DNA of 16,751 bases from an uncultured Eubacteriales bacterium (GTDB lineage: Bacteria; Bacillota; Clostridia; Oscillospirales; Oscillospiraceae), in NCBI GenBank assembly GCA_902496595.1, contig CABVBV010000030.1:1-16751 (forward strand). Reading direction: 5' to 3'. Every line of letters starts with the position of its first letter. The stretch's first letter is position 1. Position numbers and translations under genes: made by a program. The notes beneath the pieces were generated by a model. That model had not been told where the DNA came from, did not search any database, and saw only the letters and a list, made by a program, of their open reading frames with translations. Shown here piece after piece: positions 1-7,660 of this stretch.

Positions 1-17
1 TGAGAAGGAGGGCGCAT

Positions 18-2303
18 ATGGACTTTACCGAACGTTCGACAAGGGTATACCGCACGAAGCAGCTCTATACGAAGGAGGAGCTGGCGCAGCGCGAATCGCT
101 CTGCGTACACGAGCAGCCGGCCTTCTGCGCCGCGGCCTGCCCGCTGCGGCTGGACGCGAGGGAGCTTTTGGGCTGCGCGGCTAAGGGCGAGCTCGCCCAG
201 GCCCGGGCCATGCTCGAGCGGGCGACGCCCTTTCCCGGCATCCTGGCCTCCGGCTGCGAGGCCCCATGCAAGGCCGCGTGCAGACTCAATGAGGTGCCGG
301 ACGCTCAGGCCGTGGACATCCCGGCCATAGAGCGGGCCGCCATGCGGCACGGGGCGGCGCGGACGGGAAAGGGTCTTCTGAAGTTCAAGAAGAAAAAGAC
401 CGCCGCCGTTTTCGGCGCGGAGCTCTTCACGCTCGTCGTCGCGGGGGAACTGGCGGGCAAGAGCTACCCCACCAGGTTCTGCGTCGCCGAGGGCTCGGCC
501 GAGGAACTCATCGACAAGTGCGCGCCGTTTTTGTCCCCTGAGGACAGGGCCGCGGAGATAAAGAGGCTCGAGGCCATGGATTTGGAGCTCAAATTCGGCT
601 CGGAGCTCACGCCGGAGCTCGTGCGCGGCGCGGGCGCGGACATAGTCTGCGTCTCGCAGGAGGTGCTGGCGCTGCTCGACGGGCCAAAAGAGCCCGACCC
701 CGTCACGCTCTGGTGTGCGGAGCTGGGCGTGCTGGCCCGCTCCGGTGAGGAAGGAGGCGTCATCGGCGCATTTTACGACGCGAGAAGGGCGGGAGTCTCG
801 GCGGACAGGCTGGCGCAGGGTATGTCTCCGGACAACGCCCGCGGCGAGGAGGGCCCCGTCGAGAGCCGGCTGTACACGGATCTCTCCGAGGCGAGGCCGG
901 GCGGGAGCCTGCCCGAGGGCGAGGGCTACACGGCGGAGCAGGCGAGGGCCGAGGCCGGGCGCTGCATACAGTGCCGCTGTGAGGAATGCGTCAAGGGCTG
1001 CGCCTGGCTGCGGCACTACGACAAGTTCCCGAGGATAATGACGCGGGAGATATACAACAACGTCGGCATAATAATGGGCGACCACATGATGAACGGGGCC
1101 ATCAACTCCTGCGCCCTCTGCGGCCAGTGTACCGTCACCTGCCCGAACGGCTACGACATGGCCGAGATCTGCCTCTCTGCGCGGCGGAACATGGTCGCCA
1201 CGGGCAAGATGAGCCTGGCCGTACACGAATTTGCGCTCTACGACCAGATCTTCTCGAACACCGAGGCGTTTTTGTGCCGGCCCGAGCCGGGATACGAGAC
1301 CTGCAGATATGTGTTTTTCCCGGGCTGCCAGGCCGGGGCCGTAGCGCCGGAGTCGGTCTGGCGGGCCTACGCCGATCTGAGGTCGAGGCTAAACGGCGGC
1401 GTGGGCATACTGCTCGGCTGCTGCGGCATCATCTCGCACTGGGCCGGAAGGGAGGGGCTCTTTGACGAGACCTGCGCACTGCTGCGCTCGGAGCTTGCAA
1501 AGCTGGGAGATCCCGTGATAATAACCGCCTGCCCGAGCTGCATGAAGACGCTCAAGGAGTTGGGCCTGGGCGAGTGCAGGGGCATCTGGGACGTGCTGCT
1601 CGAGCTCGGCCTGCCGGAGAGCGCGCCGAGGGCCGTAGGAGAGGCTGTCGTACACGATGCCTGCGGCGCGAGGGGCGACGCGGACACGCAGGAGGCGATA
1701 CGGAAGCTCGTGTCGGAGCTCGGCTGCGAGGTGAAGGAGCCGGAGTACACTGGCGACAGCGCCCCCTGCTGCGGCTACGGCGGGCTCGCGGGCTATGCAA
1801 AGCCCGAGGTCGCCGCGGACTACACGAAGGCCGCGCTCGAGGGCTGCGAGGGCTTGCAGCTCACCTACTGCATGGGCTGCCGCGACCGCTACGCACGTCA
1901 GGGCGCGGAGAGCGCGCACCTGCTGGAGCTCGTCTACGCATCCCCCGCCGGGTGCCCGCCGGGAATATCGGAAAAACGCAAGAACCGTTTGAGCCTGAAG
2001 CAGCGGCTGCTGCGCGACATCTGGAAGGAGGACACACACATGGCCCCGAGAGGCTACAAGATCGAGTACACCCCCGAGGTGAAGAAGCTCATGGAGCAGC
2101 GCATGGTGCTCGAGAGCGACATTGAGACCGTCATGCAGGCCTACCGCGAGGGAGGCGAGGCCATCTACGAGGCCGACACGGGCCTGCGCATCTCGCGCTA
2201 CCGGCTCGGCAACGTCACCTTCTGGGTGAAGTTCACGGAGGACGCCGAGGGCTATGTCATCCACAGCGCGTACAGCCACAGGATGACCGTCGAGACGAGG
2301 TAG
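18..2303 (+). CDS. Multidomain Fe-S oxidoreductase: GltD-type N-terminal Fe-S helical domain, degenerate dinucleotide-binding remnant, ferredoxin-like dicluster segment, two CCG (HdrB/GlcF/LutA-type) Cys-rich domains, and a ~85-aa C-terminal domain of unknown function
   Basis: 761-aa ORF. GAAGGAGGG RBS at 5-13 precedes ATG 18, and a TGA at 1-3 may end an upstream gene. The N-terminus (LCVHEQPAFCAAACPLRLD...GCEAPCKAAC) matches the Cys pattern of the glutamate synthase small subunit / DPD domain II Fe-S region. CIQCRCEECVKGC and CALCGQCTVTCP are ferredoxin-like cluster motifs. FFPGCQ..GCCG..CPSC and HDACG..PCCGYGG..YCMGC are two CCG-type domains. Confidence 0.8.
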   Translation: MDFTERSTRVYRTKQLYTKEELAQRESLCVHEQPAFCAAACPLRLDARELLGCAAKGELAQARAMLERATPFPGILASGCEAPCKAACRLNEVPDAQAVDIPAIERAAMRHGAARTGKGLLKFKKKKTAAVFGAELFTLVVAGELAGKSYPTRFCVAEGSAEELIDKCAPFLSPEDRAAEIKRLEAMDLELKFGSELTPELVRGAGADIVCVSQEVLALLDGPKEPDPVTLWCAELGVLARSGEEGGVIGAFYDARRAGVSADRLAQGMSPDNARGEEGPVESRLYTDLSEARPGGSLPEGEGYTAEQARAEAGRCIQCRCEECVKGCAWLRHYDKFPRIMTREIYNNVGIIMGDHMMNGAINSCALCGQCTVTCPNGYDMAEICLSARRNMVATGKMSLAVHEFALYDQIFSNTEAFLCRPEPGYETCRYVFFPGCQAGAVAPESVWRAYADLRSRLNGGVGILLGCCGIISHWAGREGLFDETCALLRSELAKLGDPVIITACPSCMKTLKELGLGECRGIWDVLLELGLPESAPRAVGEAVVHDACGARGDADTQEAIRKLVSELGCEVKEPEYTGDSAPCCGYGGLAGYAKPEVAADYTKAALEGCEGLQLTYCMGCRDRYARQGAESAHLLELVYASPAGCPPGISEKRKNRLSLKQRLLRDIWKEDTHMAPRGYKIEYTPEVKKLMEQRMVLESDIETVMQAYREGGEAIYEADTGLRISRYRLGNVTFWVKFTEDAEGYVIHSAYSHRMTVETR

Positions 2304-2307
2304 GGCC

Positions 2308-2529
2308 ATGGCCGAGGAAAAGAGCTATTACGTCGTGGACCCCGGCGGGCGCTACCGCTGCCTCAAGTGCGATGTGCCGCTCGTCAAAGGCAACGCGGTG
2401 TTCGGATACCTCGACAACGCCTTCCCGGTGGAGCTGCCGGTCTGCCCGAAATGCGGCTTTGTCTTCGTGCCCGAGGAGCTGGCCATGGGCAAGGTGCTCT
2501 CGGTGGAGAAGGTGCTGGAGGACAAGTAG
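2308..2529 (+). CDS. Small (73 aa) four-cysteine zinc-ribbon / rubredoxin-like protein, function unknown
   Basis: ATG 2308 lies 4 nt after the upstream TAG, with GAGGTAG just before it. Two CxxC pairs are present (CLKC and CPKC, about 25 residues apart). Its stop overlaps the GTG start of the next gene (TAGTG at 2527-2531). Confidence 0.65.
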   Translation: MAEEKSYYVVDPGGRYRCLKCDVPLVKGNAVFGYLDNAFPVELPVCPKCGFVFVPEELAMGKVLSVEKVLEDK

Positions 2530-3056
2530 TGGAGCGGCATCCGGGCGGCGCTGAGGCGACGCTGAGGCTCATAGAACTCGCGGGCATCGCCCCGCCCTGC
2601 CGCATGATAGACCTCGGCGCGGGCGCGGGCGAGGCCGTGAGGCTGCTGCGCTCCCTCGGTTTCGAGGCCCTTGGCATAGACCTCGCGCCCGGCGCGGACG
2701 TGGAGAATGGCGACATACTCGACCCGCCCTTTGACGGGGGCGGCTTCGACGCGGCGCTCTGCCAGTGCAGCTTCTACCTGACGGGAGACCCGGAGCGGGC
2801 GCTCATCGAGGCTGCGCGGCTGCTAAGGCCCGGCGGATGTCTGCTCTTTTCGGATATCTGCCCCGGAGGCGAGAGCCGGCTGCGCCGGGCGGCGGGGGAG
2901 GCCGGGCTCCGGGCGGAGACGGTCGAGGACATCACGGACGAGTGGAAACGGTATTACATCGAGGCCCTCTGGAGCGGCGAGGCAGAGCACCCGCCGGAGG
3001 GGGCCAAAAACTGCCGCTATCTCTGCGCGGTGTTCAGAAAGGGAAACACGGCTTGA
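2529..3056 (+). CDS. Class I SAM-dependent methyltransferase (~175 aa)
   Basis: Motif I is MIDLGAGAGEAV, with a downstream acidic loop (GIDLAP), DILDPPF, and post-motif LRPGGCLLFSD. I prefer the GTG start at 2529, which overlaps the upstream stop. The ATG at 2367 in the track would lie entirely inside the preceding gene. Confidence 0.75.
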   Translation: MERHPGGAEATLRLIELAGIAPPCRMIDLGAGAGEAVRLLRSLGFEALGIDLAPGADVENGDILDPPFDGGGFDAALCQCSFYLTGDPERALIEAARLLRPGGCLLFSDICPGGESRLRRAAGEAGLRAETVEDITDEWKRYYIEALWSGEAEHPPEGAKNCRYLCAVFRKGNTA

Positions 3057-3163
3057 GGGCGGACGTGGAGCGTCCGGTCTGGCTGGAAAACGACCCGGGC
3101 GGCCCGCTGCCGGAGAGATACAGGGACTGCCCGGCTATCAACTTCTGAAACGGAGGAGACGCC

Positions 3164-3571
3164 ATGGATGCATTCGACAGGATGCTTGAGCTCTCGAGGA
3201 AGGGCTATTTCTGCGCACAGATACTCATGCAGCTGGCGCTGGACGCCGAGGGGAAGGACTGCCCGGAGCTTATCCGCGCCATGTCCGGGCTGAACGCGGG
3301 CATCGGCTTCTCCGGCGGCCCCTGCGGGGCGCTGACCGGCGGGGCCTGCTTCCTCGGCTATTTCTCCGAGGGCATGGAGCCGCAGGAGCGCGACGCCATG
3401 CTGAAGGAGTTCCGCGACTGGTTTAAGGAGCGCACGGCGGAGTACGGCGGCGAGAGCTGCGACAGCATCCTCGCGGGCGACCCTGCGAACCAGCTGCGCC
3501 GCTGCCCGCCGCTTATACAGGAGGTCTACGGAAAATGCGCCGAGCTGCTCGCGGAGAGGGGCCTTGCCTGA
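3164..3571 (+). CDS. C_GCAxxG_C_C family protein (putative redox-active Cys protein)
   Basis: 135 aa. GGAGGAG RBS precedes ATG 3164. Diagnostic pattern: YFCAQ ... GGPCGALTGGAC ... GESCDSIL ... RRCP. Confidence 0.8.
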   Translation: MDAFDRMLELSRKGYFCAQILMQLALDAEGKDCPELIRAMSGLNAGIGFSGGPCGALTGGACFLGYFSEGMEPQERDAMLKEFRDWFKERTAEYGGESCDSILAGDPANQLRRCPPLIQEVYGKCAELLAERGLA

Positions 3572-4854
3572 TGTACGAGGTCTTTGCGAGGACAAGGAGC
3601 GTCTGCCCCGTCTGTCTCAGGACGATAGACGCCGAAAAAGCCGTGGCCGGGGACGGGTTTGTCCATCTCATCAAGACCTGCCCCGAGCACGGTTTTTTTG
3701 ATACGCTCATCTGGGAAGACGGAGCGGAGGGATACCTCGCCTGGGGCGGGGCCTGCTCCGGAGGCGAGCCGGACGACGCCTGCCCGCGAAGCTGCGGCCT
3801 GTGCGGAAACCACGAGAGCGGGGGCTGCTGCGTGCTGCTCGAGCTGACGCGCCGCTGCAACCTGCGCTGCCCGGTCTGCTTCGCTTCCGCCGGAGGGGAG
3901 GGCGACCTCGGCCTCGACGAGATAGCGGAGCTCTACGATATGCTCATGTCCCGCGGCGGGCCGTTCAACATCCAGCTCTCGGGCGGAGAGCCGACCATGC
4001 GGGACGATCTGCCCGAGGTCGTGAGGCTCGGCCGCGAGCGGGGCTTTACCTTCTTCCAGCTGAACACCAACGGCCTGCGCCTCGCATCTGAGGACGGCTA
4101 CGCGGAAAAGCTGCGCGGGGCCGGGGTCTCCTGCGCCTTTTTGCAGTTCGACGGGCTGCGGCCGGGGACGTATGAGGCGCTCCGGGGCCGCGACATCCTC
4201 GCGGAGAAGCTCCGGGCCATCGACGCCTGCGAGCGGGCGGGCCTGCCCGTAGTGCTCGTGCCGACCCTCGCGCCGGTTGTGAACGGGGACGAGATCGGCG
4301 ACATCCTGCGCTTCGCCCTGGGACGGGGGAAAATAGTGAGAGGCGTACACTTCCAGCCCGTGAGCTACTTCGGCCGCTGCGAGCTGCCGGAGCCGGGGCG
4401 CAGGCTGACCATCCCGCAGGTCATACGGGATATCGAGGCGCAGAGCGGGGGACTCATGAAGTTCGCGGATTTCGGCGGAGGCGGGGCCGAGAGCCCCTGG
4501 TGCAGCTTCCACGCGAGCTACCGCAAGCTCCCGGACGGGAGGCTCAAGGCCCTGCCGAGGCGCGAGAGCGCCTGCTGCTGCAAAAAAAGCTCCGAGGCCC
4601 GGGACTTCGTCGCCGACCGCTGGGGCCTCAGCTCGGCCCAGCGTGAGGACGAGGACGGCTTCGACCGCTTCATGCGCGAGGCCGTGGAGAACACCTTCAC
4701 CGTCTCCGGCATGGCCTTCATGGACGCGGACAGCCTCGAGCTGGACAGGCTCCGGCGCTGCTACATAAGCGAGGCCGACGCAGAGCGCGGCATGGTGCCC
4801 TTCTGCGCCTACAACCTCACGGCCCGCGACGGGAGGGCGCTGTACAGGAAATGA
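3571..4854 (+). CDS. Radical SAM enzyme with N-terminal zinc ribbon and Cys-containing C-terminal extension (~427 aa)
   Basis: CNLRCPVC is the CX3CX2C radical SAM motif, followed by the glycine-rich SAM motif LSGGEPT. The N-terminus has CPVC...TCPEHG. The C-terminus has WCSFHAS, ACCCKK and MVPFCAYN. I chose the ATG 3571 start because it overlaps the upstream stop (TGATG). The track start at 3535 would overlap the previous gene by 37 nt. Confidence 0.8.
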   Translation: MYEVFARTRSVCPVCLRTIDAEKAVAGDGFVHLIKTCPEHGFFDTLIWEDGAEGYLAWGGACSGGEPDDACPRSCGLCGNHESGGCCVLLELTRRCNLRCPVCFASAGGEGDLGLDEIAELYDMLMSRGGPFNIQLSGGEPTMRDDLPEVVRLGRERGFTFFQLNTNGLRLASEDGYAEKLRGAGVSCAFLQFDGLRPGTYEALRGRDILAEKLRAIDACERAGLPVVLVPTLAPVVNGDEIGDILRFALGRGKIVRGVHFQPVSYFGRCELPEPGRRLTIPQVIRDIEAQSGGLMKFADFGGGGAESPWCSFHASYRKLPDGRLKALPRRESACCCKKSSEARDFVADRWGLSSAQREDEDGFDRFMREAVENTFTVSGMAFMDADSLELDRLRRCYISEADAERGMVPFCAYNLTARDGRALYRK

Positions 4855-6071
4855 GAAAGACGAGACTTGAGGACTGGATATGCGAAGTCGAGGGCCTTCC
4901 AGGCCTCGACCGCGAGACGCTGGACAGGATACAGCTTCGGCGAATAAACGAGCTGCTGGCGCGGGAAAAGACGCGAAACGGCTTCTACAAGGGCCTGCCG
5001 GAGCGGCTGGGCAGCCTCGCGGAGCTCAGACGCCTGCCCTTCACGACGCCGGAGCAGCTCGCAGAGAACGCGCCGGGCCTGCTGCTCGGCTCGCAGGCCG
5101 AGGTGAGCCGCATCATCTCCGGAGCTACGAGCGGCACGACGGGGCCGTCGAAGCGGGTATTCTACACCGAGCGGGATATTGAACACACGGTCGGCTTCTT
5201 CGCCGCGGGCATCTCGGAGCTGGTGTCGGAGGGCGAGGCGGTCTGCGTCGCCATGCCCTTCTCCGGGCCGGACGGGCTGGGAGAGCTCATCTGCCGGGCC
5301 GTGGAGCGCCTGGGCGCAAGGCCGGTGAGGATGGGCGTGGGCAGGAGCCTCGGCGAGCAGGCGGAAATGCTCGGGGCCGAGAGGCCGGAGGCCTACATCG
5401 GTATGCCGGTGCCGCTGCTGGGGCTCATCCGCTGGATGGGTTCTCCGGGGAGCCTGCGCCGGGCGCTGGTCTCGGGCGACGCCTGCCCCGAGGGCGTTAT
5501 GCTGGAGCTGGAGCGGCTGCTCGGGACGCGGCTCTTCCCGCACTACGGCTCGCGGGAGATGTGCCTCGGCGGGGCGGTGACTTGTGCGGCGCACGAGGGT
5601 ATGCACCTGCGGGAGAACCACGTCGTTGCGGAGATAGTCTCGCCGGAAGGAGAGGCGCTGCCCGACGGGGAGTACGGAGAGCTGGTCGTCACCACCGCCG
5701 ATATGCAGGCCATGCCGCTCATACGCTACAAAACCGGCGACTACACGCGATTCCTGCCCGGCCCCTGCCCCTGCGGCGGTGCCACGAGAAGGCTGGACAG
5801 GCTCAGCCGAATGGACTCCGGGGCGGGCATCGAGAGCCTGGACGACGCTCTCTTCAGGCTTCCCGGCCTCATCGACTATGAGGCGGCCCTCTCCGGCGGC
5901 CTGCTCAGGCTGAGGGCGGTCGGCCGGACGGAGCGGGAGCTCCTGGAGAGCGAGGTACGCAGGCTCATGCCAGGACTTGAGGTCAGGCTCGAGCTGAACG
6001 CGGCAGCGGCGGAGTTCAGAGGCTTTTTCCGCGGCAAGCGCAGGCTGCTTGACTGCCTGGATCGATTCTGA
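4851..6071 (+). CDS. Adenylate-forming enzyme of the phenylacetate-CoA ligase (PaaK) / coenzyme F390 synthetase type
   Basis: 406 aa. ATGA start/stop overlap with the radical SAM gene. Motifs: P-loop-like TSGTTGPSKRV, YGSREM, RYKTGDY, and CPCGGATRRLDRLSRMD, which is typical of the PaaK C-terminal domain. Confidence 0.75.
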   Translation: MRKTRLEDWICEVEGLPGLDRETLDRIQLRRINELLAREKTRNGFYKGLPERLGSLAELRRLPFTTPEQLAENAPGLLLGSQAEVSRIISGATSGTTGPSKRVFYTERDIEHTVGFFAAGISELVSEGEAVCVAMPFSGPDGLGELICRAVERLGARPVRMGVGRSLGEQAEMLGAERPEAYIGMPVPLLGLIRWMGSPGSLRRALVSGDACPEGVMLELERLLGTRLFPHYGSREMCLGGAVTCAAHEGMHLRENHVVAEIVSPEGEALPDGEYGELVVTTADMQAMPLIRYKTGDYTRFLPGPCPCGGATRRLDRLSRMDSGAGIESLDDALFRLPGLIDYEAALSGGLLRLRAVGRTERELLESEVRRLMPGLEVRLELNAAAAEFRGFFRGKRRLLDCLDRF

Positions 6072-6099
6072 ATTGGAATCGATACGCGGACAAAACGAA

Positions 6100-6128
6100 T
6101 TGCTCCCTCACAGCGGCGTATCTATACT
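6100..6128 (+). promoter_or_regulatory. Candidate sigma-70-type internal promoter (TTGCTC-17 nt-TATACT) upstream of the UbiD gene
   Basis: Hexamers at 6100-6105 and 6123-6128 with 17-nt spacing, inside the 94-nt gap between the ligase stop and the UbiD start. Motif match only. Confidence 0.35.
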
Positions 6129-6165
6129 GGTAAGTGTAGAATTACGGTCGGGAGGGGGCATTTTT

Positions 6166-7659
6166 GTGGATATCCATCGTTTTGAGAACAGAGTCAGGGA
6201 TCTGCGCTCGGCCCTGGACTATTTGAGGAGCCTGGACGGGCAGCTGGTCGAAACGGATGTGGAGACAGATCCGGAGGCGGAGCTCTCCGGAGTATACAGG
6301 AGGGTCGGGGCCGGCGGCACGGTGATGCGTCCGACAAGGACTAACGGGCCTGCGATGCTCTTTCGGAATTTGAAGGGTTTTGACGAGGCCTCCGCTGTCA
6401 TAGGCGTGCTCGCCTCGAGGGAGAGGGTCGCGGCCCTGCTCGGATGCAGGAGCGCAGACCTGGGCAGGCTGCTTTGCGACTGCGTGGCGTCCCCGGTGGA
6501 GCCGGTCGTGAAGGAGGGGCCCGCGCCCTGCCGCGAGGTAGTACACCTTGCTTCGGAGCCGGACTTCGACCTCAGAGCGCTCCTGCCCGCTCCGACGAAC
6601 ACGCCTCTGGACGCAGGGCCGTACATAACGCTCGGTATGTGCTACGCCACTCATCCGGATACCGGACGTTCGGATGTGACGATACACAGACTCTGCATCC
6701 AGGGCAGGGACGAGCTCTCCATCTTCCTGCAGCCGGGCAGCCGGCACATCGGAGCCATGGCGGACAGGGCCGAGGAACTTGGGCGCCCTCTGCCGATATC
6801 CGTCTCCATCGGCGTCGACCCTGCGATAGAGATCTGCGCCTGCTTCGAGCCGCCCACTACCCCGCTGGGATATGACGAGCTTTCGATAGCCGGGGCGCTC
6901 AGGGGAGAACCTGTTGAGCTCTGCCGCTGCCTCACCGTGGACGAGAGGGCCATTGCGAACGCCGAGTTCGTAATCGAGGGAGAGATAATCCCCGGGGTGA
7001 GGGTGCAGGAGGATCAGAACTCGGGGACGGGCATCGCCATGCCCGAATTTCCGGGCTACAACGGGGTCGCGAGTTCCGAGTGCAGGCTCCTCAAGGTCAA
7101 GGCGCTGACGCACAGGAAAAAGCCCATACTCCAGACCTGCATAGGCCCGAGCGAGGAGCACGTCAACATGGCGGGCATCCCGACCGAGGCGAGCATCCTG
7201 GGCCTGCTCGAGCGGGCCATGCCGGGAAAGGTCAAAAACGTTTACGCCCACCGCTCCGGAGGAGGGAAGTATCTGGCCGTGCTCCAGATTTGCAAAGCGG
7301 TTCCCACCGACGAGGGCCGCCAGAGACAGGCGGCGCTTCTGGCCTTCTCGGCCTTCCCAGAGCTCAAGCAGGTCATACTGGTGGACGAGGACGTGGACGC
7401 ATTCGACACCGACGATGTGCTCTGGGCCATGACCACGAGGTATCAGGGAAACCTGGACACGGTGTTCATACCCGGAGTCCGCTGCCATCCGCTCGACCCG
7501 AGCGCCGGGCCGGAGTACGACCCGAGGATACCGGGCCGAGGCGTATCCTGCAAGACCATCTTCGACTGCACCGTGCCCTTCGCTCAGAAAGAGCGCTTCC
7601 GCAGGGCGGGCTTCCTCGAAGTAGACCCGGGACGCTGGCTGCCGGGCTGGGAGGACTGA
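6166..7659 (+). CDS. UbiD-family (prFMN-dependent) decarboxylase/carboxylase, divergent subfamily
   Basis: About 497 aa from GTG 6166, with GGAGGGGG RBS at 6151-6158. Family-typical segments include GPYITLGM, SDVTIHRL, PLPISVSIGVDP, GYDELSIAGALRGEPVEL and AEFVIEGEI. The track start at 6049 overlaps the ligase and has no RBS. Confidence 0.8.
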   Translation: MDIHRFENRVRDLRSALDYLRSLDGQLVETDVETDPEAELSGVYRRVGAGGTVMRPTRTNGPAMLFRNLKGFDEASAVIGVLASRERVAALLGCRSADLGRLLCDCVASPVEPVVKEGPAPCREVVHLASEPDFDLRALLPAPTNTPLDAGPYITLGMCYATHPDTGRSDVTIHRLCIQGRDELSIFLQPGSRHIGAMADRAEELGRPLPISVSIGVDPAIEICACFEPPTTPLGYDELSIAGALRGEPVELCRCLTVDERAIANAEFVIEGEIIPGVRVQEDQNSGTGIAMPEFPGYNGVASSECRLLKVKALTHRKKPILQTCIGPSEEHVNMAGIPTEASILGLLERAMPGKVKNVYAHRSGGGKYLAVLQICKAVPTDEGRQRQAALLAFSAFPELKQVILVDEDVDAFDTDDVLWAMTTRYQGNLDTVFIPGVRCHPLDPSAGPEYDPRIPGRGVSCKTIFDCTVPFAQKERFRRAGFLEVDPGRWLPGWED

Positions 7660-7660
7660 G

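Noticed and set aside
1389-2309. 306-aa minus-strand ORF. Similar antisense or off-frame ORFs include 3526..4512(-), 3017..3595(-), 4809..5621(-), 7466..8326(-), 12505..13458(+), 14114..14800(+), 14217..15098(-), 15446..16153(+), 15551..16075(-), 2367..2528 (+ frame extension) and 2765..3148(+).
   Set aside because: All overlap ORFs with strong family signatures. All have the Arg/Ala/Pro/Gly-biased composition expected of non-coding frames in high-GC sequence, and none has a convincing RBS.
2308-4854. RiPP-like reading: the small Cys-containing peptide as a precursor modified by the radical SAM enzyme
   Set aside because: The 73-aa protein looks like a folded Zn ribbon with paired CxxC, not a leader-core peptide. 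The radical SAM enzyme shows no obvious SPASM or RRE-like region, and no protease or exporter genes are present. It is kept only as a minor alternative under the small-protein finding.
3571-4854. Selenocysteine recoding in the radical SAM gene or its neighbours
   Set aside because: All ORFs in the operon are complete without reading through any in-frame TGA. I see no split ORF pairs separated by a single TGA, so no Sec codon is required here.
6049-6165. Upstream ATG start for UbiD, overlapping the ligase gene end
   Set aside because: It has no RBS, the extension overlaps the ligase by 23 nt, and it runs through the promoter-like gap. GTG 6166 has a GGAGGGGG RBS at ideal spacing and gives a typical UbiD length.
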